Assembly: GCA_964487075.1 (NCBI GenBank)
Contig: CAZAOW010000027.1
Span: forward strand, 1 to 7,182
Origin: Candidatus Woesearchaeota archaeon
GTDB lineage: Archaea; Nanobdellota; Nanobdellia; Pacearchaeales; GW2011-AR1
Direction: 5' to 3'
DNA: 7,182 bases
The position numbers and the translations under genes were made by a program. This document shows, piece after piece, positions 1 to 4,345 of this stretch; position 1 is the stretch's first letter, and every line of letters begins with the position of its first letter. Below the pieces are notes generated by a model. The model was not told the DNA's origin. It did not search any database and saw only the letters and a program-made list of their open reading frames with translations.

Positions 1-407
1 GAAAGTTTTTTTTCCACGGTTCCTTTGCCCTCCAACTCAGGAAGTTTTCGCAAATTCGCCAAAACTTTTTCAACTGTTAAAATGTTTGATGAAAGCAAGG
101 ATTGTTTTTTCCTTTGTTTTAATTTCTCTACTACTAATCCAAGGTCGCCGAGTTTTTTCCATTCCGAAACCACTGATGAATTTTCAATTCCGAGAGATTT
201 TGAAATCGCCTTAATCGCGAGCTGATTTGAAATTCCTATTTTTCTCTCGTCGTATTCAGGATAAATGTCTCCGAGAATAAGATAAAGAAGGTCTTTGTCT
301 TTTTCATCCAGCTCTTTGAGAAATTTAGCAAGGATTTCAATTTTTTTCAAACGACTCGGATTTGCGGAAGCTTCTTCATAAAATTCGGCGAGTTTTTTGT
401 AATGCAT
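1..407 (-). CDS. lig: ATP-dependent DNA ligase, N-terminal (DNA-binding domain) fragment. The gene continues beyond the window start.
   Basis: Hand translation of the minus strand from ATG 407..405 is open to position 1: MHYKKLAEFYEEASANPSRLKKIEILAKFLKEL...LLYLILGDIYPEYDERKIGISNQLAIKAISKSLGI...WKKLGDLGLVVEKLKQRKKQSLLSSNILTVEKVLANLRKLPELEGKGTVEKKL. This matches the archaeal Lig N-terminus pattern (YLILGD.FPE.DER.lG, GDLG, K.RKQ.S, LT...V, G.GS/T..K). It is absent from the ORF track because it is truncated by the window edge. Confidence 0.85.
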   Translation of the reverse strand, partial: MHYKKLAEFYEEASANPSRLKKIEILAKFLKELDEKDKDLLYLILGDIYPEYDERKIGISNQLAIKAISKSLGIENSSVVSEWKKLGDLGLVVEKLKQRKKQSLLSSNILTVEKVLANLRKLPELEGKGTVEKKL

Positions 408-408
408 T

Positions 409-1149
409 TTATTTTTTCTTCGCCTTGAAAATTATTGTCGGCGGAACCATTTTTAATAATTTTGGAGTGTAATCCCAAAGTCCATACCAGGGGTCTCTAT
501 GTCTTTTTCTAGAATCTGGTTCTAAAATTTGTTCTACATAAAATCCCGATTTAATGAGCAAGTTGTATAATTCACTTGTTGTATAATTGTATGCAACGAA
601 TTTTTTTGTTGGATCTGAAAATATTTTTGTAATTTTTCCAGTTTTGAAATAACTTTCTTTTATTTTTAACGTATTAGAATCAATAGTTCTGTAAAAAGGA
701 TGAGGAAAACTGAATACAAAAGTCCCATTATTTTTTAAAACTCTGTTTACTTCTCTAAAACATATTAATAAATTATCGATATAATGCAACGCGAAAGCAG
801 AGAAAACAATGTCTTGTGAATTTGATTTTATTTGCGGAAGTTTTCTAATATCTCCCTGATAAAATTTTACGTTAACTTTATTTTTTATTGCAAGTTTTTT
901 GGCAAATTTCAATTGTTCTTCAGAAATATCTATCCCTATAACTTTTGCCCCTTTCTTAGCCATAGCTACTCCGCATTGAGCTCCGCCACATCCAATTTCT
1001 AAAATATTTTTGCCGTTAATATCACCTAATAATTTTAACTTGTTTTCATTTGGGCTTCCTGGACCATAATGGATGTCTATTGGTATTTTAGTCTCTTTTT
1101 GATAATAATCGGACGTAGATTCCCACCATTTTTTTGTTTCTTTAGTCAT
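409..1149 (-). CDS. Class I SAM-dependent methyltransferase (Methyltransf_11/25-like). Substrate unknown.
   Basis: 246-aa ORF with an ATG start. It has motif I ILEIGCGGAQ, an acidic post-I residue (GIDISEEQL), and a DIVFSAFALHY motif II/III region. The stop codon (411..409) lies 1 nt from the ligase ATG. Confidence 0.85.
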   Translation of the reverse strand: MTKETKKWWESTSDYYQKETKIPIDIHYGPGSPNENKLKLLGDINGKNILEIGCGGAQCGVAMAKKGAKVIGIDISEEQLKFAKKLAIKNKVNVKFYQGDIRKLPQIKSNSQDIVFSAFALHYIDNLLICFREVNRVLKNNGTFVFSFPHPFYRTIDSNTLKIKESYFKTGKITKIFSDPTKKFVAYNYTTSELYNLLIKSGFYVEQILEPDSRKRHRDPWYGLWDYTPKLLKMVPPTIIFKAKKK

Positions 1150-1170
1150 TGGTTACATTAAAGAAAAAGA

Positions 1171-1180
1171 AGTTTTTAAG
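1171..1180 (-). promoter_or_regulatory. Putative archaeal TATA box for the methyltransferase gene
   Basis: The minus strand reads CTTAAAAACT, centred about 26 nt upstream of ATG 1149. The same TTAAAAAC motif lies upstream of rpl15e. Confidence 0.35.
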
Positions 1181-1226
1181 TTTGGCTATAAGTTTAAACT
1201 AAGTTTTAGTTTTGATTTTTATTGGT

Positions 1227-1240
1227 GAAAATAAAAGAAA
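1227..1240 (-). terminator. Oligo-T tract (TTTCTTTTATTTTC on the minus strand) downstream of the 1281..2066 gene
   Basis: Archaeal terminators are T-rich tracts. This one lies about 40 nt after the stop codon and follows a small GGAT-N5-ATCC hairpin. Confidence 0.3.
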
Positions 1241-1280
1241 TATTCTACAAGGATGGAGTATCCTGATTTTAACTATGTAT

Positions 1281-2066
1281 TTATAGTTTTCTTTTTCTGA
1301 AATAAATGAAAGCACTAATCAATCCTGTCAAGAATAAAATTCCTCCAATCCAATTTGAAGAAGTTAGAGTTAAGTTAGCAATTACATACCCTGTAAAGTT
1401 ACCTGAAATAAAGATAAGAGAAAACAAAAATGCTGCCACTGGAATTATTGCAACATAGTTTGTTACAGAATTTTCTAGATTCGAATTCCCCATAGAAAAT
1501 TTCGCTTCATGACTTACTGGAACAAACCTATACCGAAGATTATATTTTTTAGCAAAATCCTTTAATGATTTATGTTCATCTACCCCACCCATTGAAGTTG
1601 CTTTTTTATATTCACCAATGATCTTCCTCCCTCCTTGGGTTAATGCACTTCTTTCGGATAAAAAAGTTAAAATTGGATTACTGAAAAAACAAGATGGAGG
1701 AGGGGTTTTCTTAGTCTTTCTCATTATTCCGTAGCCATCTAATTTTCCAGTATCTGACACTATTCGTGCAATAACCTCTGCCTTTTGATTGGAACTAGCT
1801 AACATATTTAAAAGGTCTTCTGGACTTGGATAAGTTCCAAATAAAGGATGTGTAGAATATTCATATGGGTGGGTGTGTACCCCTGTAAAACGTTTTCCCA
1901 TAAACTGATTAAACCAATCGCGGAATTTATTCCGGATTACATAATCCTCCGAACGATATAATGAATTTGATTTTAGTTCCTTTCTAGGAAGTTTAATCCA
2001 GTTCTCTTCCAAATGGGGGTTCTCAACAGACTCAATTATTTCTTTAGGAGATTTTTTCTTTTTCAT
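1281..2066 (-). CDS. Membrane-anchored protein with a JAB/MPN (JAMM)-like metalloprotease motif and two C-terminal TM helices
   Basis: 261-aa ORF with an ATG start. It contains GVHTHPYEYSTHPLFGTYPSPEDL, which is HxHP followed by PSxxD as in JAMM/RadC-like JAB domains, but with a spacer about 7 residues longer than usual. The C-terminus has two hydrophobic segments (YVAIIPVAAFLFSLIFISGNFTGYVIA and WIGGILFLTGLISAFIYF). There is no N-terminal signal peptide. The call as a CDS is solid. The functional call rests on the motif only. Confidence 0.6.
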   Translation of the reverse strand: MKKKKSPKEIIESVENPHLEENWIKLPRKELKSNSLYRSEDYVIRNKFRDWFNQFMGKRFTGVHTHPYEYSTHPLFGTYPSPEDLLNMLASSNQKAEVIARIVSDTGKLDGYGIMRKTKKTPPPSCFFSNPILTFLSERSALTQGGRKIIGEYKKATSMGGVDEHKSLKDFAKKYNLRYRFVPVSHEAKFSMGNSNLENSVTNYVAIIPVAAFLFSLIFISGNFTGYVIANLTLTSSNWIGGILFLTGLISAFIYFRKRKL

Positions 2067-2083
2067 TTCAATCTCTTGCCGTA

Positions 2084-2095
2084 GAAATAAAATTC
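2084..2095 (-). promoter_or_regulatory. Putative TATA box for the 1281..2066 gene
   Basis: The minus strand reads GAATTTTATTTC, centred about 23 nt upstream of ATG 2066. Confidence 0.3.
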
Positions 2096-2184
2096 TTTGC
2101 TTTTTCTATATCCCATTTTCTTTTTTCTTGAAGATTTTTTCATCAAACATAAATCTGTAGAAGAATCAGAAGTTTTTAACCTTT

Positions 2185-2757
2185 TTACTTTCCGTGATGC
2201 TTTTGCGCTCTCGCGCTCGGTCTTACTTTAAGCTCGTGCGTTTTCTTTCTCAATCCGCGGGATTTTTTTCCTGCGCTTGTAATCCCACGGAACGCGCGAC
2301 CTTTGTTTCCCGGTTTCCCAATCCACGAGATATTTTTGTCGTTTTTTATTTCCGGTTTTGAAGGATCAACGAGGATAACTTCATAAAAATAATGTTCGCC
2401 GTCTTTTCCAACAAAGTAGGAATTCAACACTTCAAGGTTTCTGAACTTTCGCGCGACACGCTGTTCTGCAATCCATTGATAACTCATTTTCAAATTTTTT
2501 CTCGTGTGCATTCTCCTGCTCATTCTTCCTTTTATCGGTCTTGAACGCTTGTGTCCGCCGCGCATTAATCTCACACGAACGACGACGAAACCTTTTTTGT
2601 CCTTGTAACCTAGCTTTCTGGCTTTGTCCAATCGCAACGGTTTTTCAACTTTCACAAAAGCTTCCGTTTTTCTCCACTCAGTCATTCTTTCTCTGAGAAT
2701 TTTTACGTCTGGTTTTTTCCATGCTTGCGCAATATAATGATACATTCCCTTGGACAT
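2185..2757 (-). CDS. rpl15e: 50S ribosomal protein L15e
   Basis: 190 aa: MSKGMYHYIAQAWKKP...RLDKARKLGYKDKKGFVVVRVRLMRGG...IAEQRVARKFRNLEVLNSYFVGKDGEHYFYEVILVDP...RGITSAGKKSRGL. This is the characteristic L15e family sequence. Confidence 0.95.
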   Translation of the reverse strand: MSKGMYHYIAQAWKKPDVKILRERMTEWRKTEAFVKVEKPLRLDKARKLGYKDKKGFVVVRVRLMRGGHKRSRPIKGRMSRRMHTRKNLKMSYQWIAEQRVARKFRNLEVLNSYFVGKDGEHYFYEVILVDPSKPEIKNDKNISWIGKPGNKGRAFRGITSAGKKSRGLRKKTHELKVRPSARAQKHHGK

Positions 2758-2777
2758 TTTAATGAAAGAAAAAGTGT

Positions 2778-2787
2778 GTTTTTAAAG
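2778..2787 (-). promoter_or_regulatory. Putative TATA box for rpl15e
   Basis: The minus strand reads CTTTAAAAAC, centred about 26 nt upstream of ATG 2757, consistent with a leaderless transcript. Confidence 0.4.
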
Positions 2788-2832
2788 TTTAGTAAAGCAT
2801 TTAAAACAAAATTTGTTGTGTTTTCCATAGAC

Positions 2833-2848
2833 TGAAATCAAGATTTCA
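2833..2848. promoter_or_regulatory. Perfect 7-bp-arm palindrome TGAAATC-AA-GATTTCA
   Basis: Read directly from the sequence. It ends 1 nt before the upstream tRNA 5'-end copy, inside the rpl15e/tRNA divergent intergenic region. Confidence 0.3.
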
Positions 2849-2849
2849 C

Positions 2850-2871
2850 GAGCCTGTAGCTCAGTCTGGTA
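2850..2871 (+). repeat. Exact 22-nt copy of tRNA-Ile positions 1-21 (acceptor 5' strand, D-stem 5' strand and D-loop)
   Basis: GAGCCTGTAGCTCAGTCTGGTA is identical to 2939..2960. The identity starts exactly at tRNA position +1 and stops before the D-stem 3' strand. Confidence 0.85.
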
Positions 2872-2904
2872 ATCACGGGAAACCGTTCAAACCACCTGAG
2901 CAAG

Positions 2905-2914
2905 AAATAAATAG
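2905..2914 (+). promoter_or_regulatory. Putative TATA box for the complete tRNA-Ile
   Basis: AAATAAATAG is centred about 29 nt upstream of tRNA position +1 (2939). Confidence 0.3.
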
Positions 2915-2938
2915 TATCTTCGCAGGTTCAGATGCTAT

Positions 2939-3012
2939 GAGCCTGTAGCTCAGTCTGGTAGAGCACTGCTCTGATACGGCAGGGGTCCAAGGTTCAAATC
3001 CTTGCAGGCTCA
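2939..3012 (+). tRNA. tRNA-Ile (anticodon GAU), 74 nt, no intron, CCA not encoded
   Basis: Hand-folded cloverleaf. Acceptor GAGCCTG/CAGGCTC with discriminator A73. D-arm GCTC-AGTCTGGTA-GAGC. Anticodon arm CTGCT-CTGATAC-GGCAG, with U33, GAT at 2973..2975 and A37. Variable loop GGGTC. T-arm CAAGG-TTCAAAT-CCTTG. Confidence 0.93.
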
Positions 3013-3107
3013 TTTCCTCAATTGAGCAAAGCGAAATTGAACGGATTTGATAAATCGGTTTAAACGAAAAGGGAAAATAACGCGTAGAAAACCGCAGGTG
3101 TTCTCGC

Positions 3108-3129
3108 TTCAAACCTTGCAGGCTCATTT
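3108..3129 (+). repeat. Near-exact copy of the tRNA-Ile 3' end (T-loop, T-stem 3' strand, acceptor 3' strand, discriminator and TTT)
   Basis: TTCAAACCTTGCAGGCTCATTT matches TTCAAATCCTTGCAGGCTCATTT (2993..3015) apart from one deleted T at the T-loop/T-stem junction. Confidence 0.8.
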
Positions 3130-3134
3130 ATTTT
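3127..3134 (+). terminator. Oligo-T tract TTTATTTT directly after the downstream tRNA 3'-end copy
   Basis: This is the best T-rich termination signal in the tRNA locus. The complete tRNA itself is followed only by TTT. Confidence 0.35.
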
Positions 3135-3159
3135 AATTAGAAATTTAAGATAATAAATT

Positions 3160-3819
3160 TCATTCTTTCAAACCGAATTCAAGAACAAGTTTGTCGTTCG
3201 CGATTTTGAAATCCATTATCGGAAGATTTATCGGAATAACTTTCATGTAAATCGCATCGCTTCCGAGCGCCTTTATTTCAATGCTGTTCTCAAGTTTTAT
3301 AATTGACATTTCTTTTTCAGACCTCAATCCCGGCATGTTGATTTCATAAATCACCTTGTCTGAAACTCTCCTGATATTTGTTTCAGGTTCTTTTTTCGGG
3401 AAATCACCGAATTTTTTCAGATTGGCATTCGGCAGAGAAGACTGCGCGATTTCTTTTGTTCTCCTTGGTTTTTGTTCTCTTGCCCTTTCGCGGCTCACGT
3501 TTATTTTCTTTCCGTTGACAAAAAGCTGAAAATTTTGTTTCGGCCAATTTTTCTCAGGAGTTTTCTTCATTTCCTTCTGCATTTCCTTTTCAAGCATCCT
3601 GACTGCGGACTCAAACATTTTTCCCATCATTTTTCCGCTGATTCCTCCGAAGATGTTTCCGTTCATATTGAAATCTTTTTCATCAAAATCGTTCTCACCA
3701 AGAATTCCGTAGTCTTCATCCGGATTTTTCACGTTGAACGGGACGCCGCAGTTGGGGCAGAAGTTATACTTGCTGCTGGACTTCACATCACACCTCTTGC
3801 ATTCTTTTTTTCCAAACAT
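3160..3819 (-). CDS. Zinc-ribbon protein with a C-terminal Hsp20/alpha-crystallin-like domain
   Basis: The ORF track gives 3160..3885, but that start is a GTG. The in-frame ATG at 3819 (MFGKKECKRCD...) has a TATA-like box about 25 nt upstream. The N-terminus has CxxC-N12-CxxC (CKRCDVKSSSKYNFCPNCG). The C-terminus reads YEINMPGLRSEKEMSIIKLENSIEIKA...YMKVIPINLPIMDFKIANDKLVLEF, which resembles sHSP ACD beta-strands. Confidence 0.7.
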   Translation of the reverse strand: MFGKKECKRCDVKSSSKYNFCPNCGVPFNVKNPDEDYGILGENDFDEKDFNMNGNIFGGISGKMMGKMFESAVRMLEKEMQKEMKKTPEKNWPKQNFQLFVNGKKINVSRERAREQKPRRTKEIAQSSLPNANLKKFGDFPKKEPETNIRRVSDKVIYEINMPGLRSEKEMSIIKLENSIEIKALGSDAIYMKVIPINLPIMDFKIANDKLVLEFGLKE

Positions 3820-3836
3820 TATAATCTTGAGAATAA

Positions 3837-3849
3837 TTTTATTTAAATA
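3837..3849 (-). promoter_or_regulatory. Putative TATA box for the zinc-ribbon/ACD gene
   Basis: The minus strand reads TATTTAAATAAAA, centred about 25 nt upstream of ATG 3819. Confidence 0.35.
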
Positions 3850-3904
3850 GTTTTTGCAAGTAAAAATACTATTTCGCCGATGCACTATATCTTAACACAA
3901 TCAA

Positions 3905-3916
3905 TTTTTTATATAA
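3905..3916 (+). promoter_or_regulatory. Putative TATA box for the 3935..4315 ORF
   Basis: TTTTTTATATAA lies about 20-30 nt upstream of ATG 3935. Confidence 0.35.
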
Positions 3917-3934
3917 GCTTTTTTATTATTTATC

Positions 3935-4315
3935 ATGTTTGAAGGAAAATATATTTTGAGAGAAAGTGTCCATGTCAGATGGAACGTGCAAAAATCTCCG
4001 GATAACTTTGAATGTGTAAGATACCTTGCGGTTTTTGTAGACAACCAAAGAAGAGAAAATAATCTGGATGAACTCTTGCACCAAATACAAAGAATGGGCG
4101 GCTCTATTACTGACTTTAGAAGAAGAGGCGAAGGAAGAGTCAGAAAATCGGATTTTAGATATCTTTTTGTAAGTTTTGATACTAAATTAGCCGAGAGGGA
4201 AATTAATTGGAGCAAACTAACAGGACGAAAAAAAAGAAATCCAAAATTGTATGAAAGAATAAAAAAAGGATGTACTATAGAAGATTATGTCGCTAATTTT
4301 TACGAACGCAGTTAG
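3935..4315 (+). CDS. Hypothetical small basic protein (126 aa)
   Basis: ATG start with a TATA-like box upstream. It fills the gap between two confident genes. I recognise no motif. The C-terminus is Lys/Arg-rich. Confidence 0.55.
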   Translation: MFEGKYILRESVHVRWNVQKSPDNFECVRYLAVFVDNQRRENNLDELLHQIQRMGGSITDFRRRGEGRVRKSDFRYLFVSFDTKLAEREINWSKLTGRKKRNPKLYERIKKGCTIEDYVANFYERS

Positions 4316-4325
4316 TTTTTTATAG
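4316..4325 (+). promoter_or_regulatory. Putative TATA box for metG
   Basis: TTTTTTATAG is centred about 25 nt upstream of ATG 4346. Confidence 0.35.
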
Positions 4326-4345
4326 AGTTTTCTTTTAAGATATTC

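Noticed and set aside
25-225. 66-aa plus-strand ORF from the track
   Set aside because: It lies entirely antisense to the well-supported DNA ligase N-terminal coding frame. Its sequence is low-complexity with no motif.
1165-1220. Repeated AAGTTT/AGTTTT motifs in the methyltransferase upstream region
   Set aside because: This is short, irregular, AT-rich low-complexity sequence in a promoter region. It has no regular period or spacer structure, so it is not a CRISPR array or a defined tandem repeat.
2850-3126. Outer tRNA pieces as a canonical multi-intron tRNA containing the inner tRNA in an intron
   Set aside because: I tried to assemble the exons and could not. The 3' copy has a 1-nt deletion that leaves a 6-nt T-loop or shifts the acceptor register. 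No C-R-R-G-G partner for the CCTTG T-stem strand exists in either spacer. No clean 3-4-3 BHB is present at the candidate junctions. The idea is kept only as a hypothesis in the findings, not annotated as a gene.
2873-3127. 84-aa minus-strand ORF
   Set aside because: It runs antisense through the tRNA-Ile gene and its flanking tRNA-derived repeats. It is an artefact of the stop-poor reverse strand of structured RNA.
2850-3129. tRNA-end copies as attL/attR of an integrated mobile element
   Set aside because: The spacers are only 67 and 95 nt. No integrase or other element genes are present. The two copies are different ends of the tRNA rather than one direct repeat. At most they could be deletion scars.
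3820-3885. N-terminal extension of the zinc-ribbon/ACD ORF (track start at 3885)
   Set aside because: That start is a GTG (plus strand reads CAC at 3883..3885), and the extension would cover the TATA-like box. The ATG at 3819 directly precedes the zinc ribbon and has promoter spacing like the other genes.
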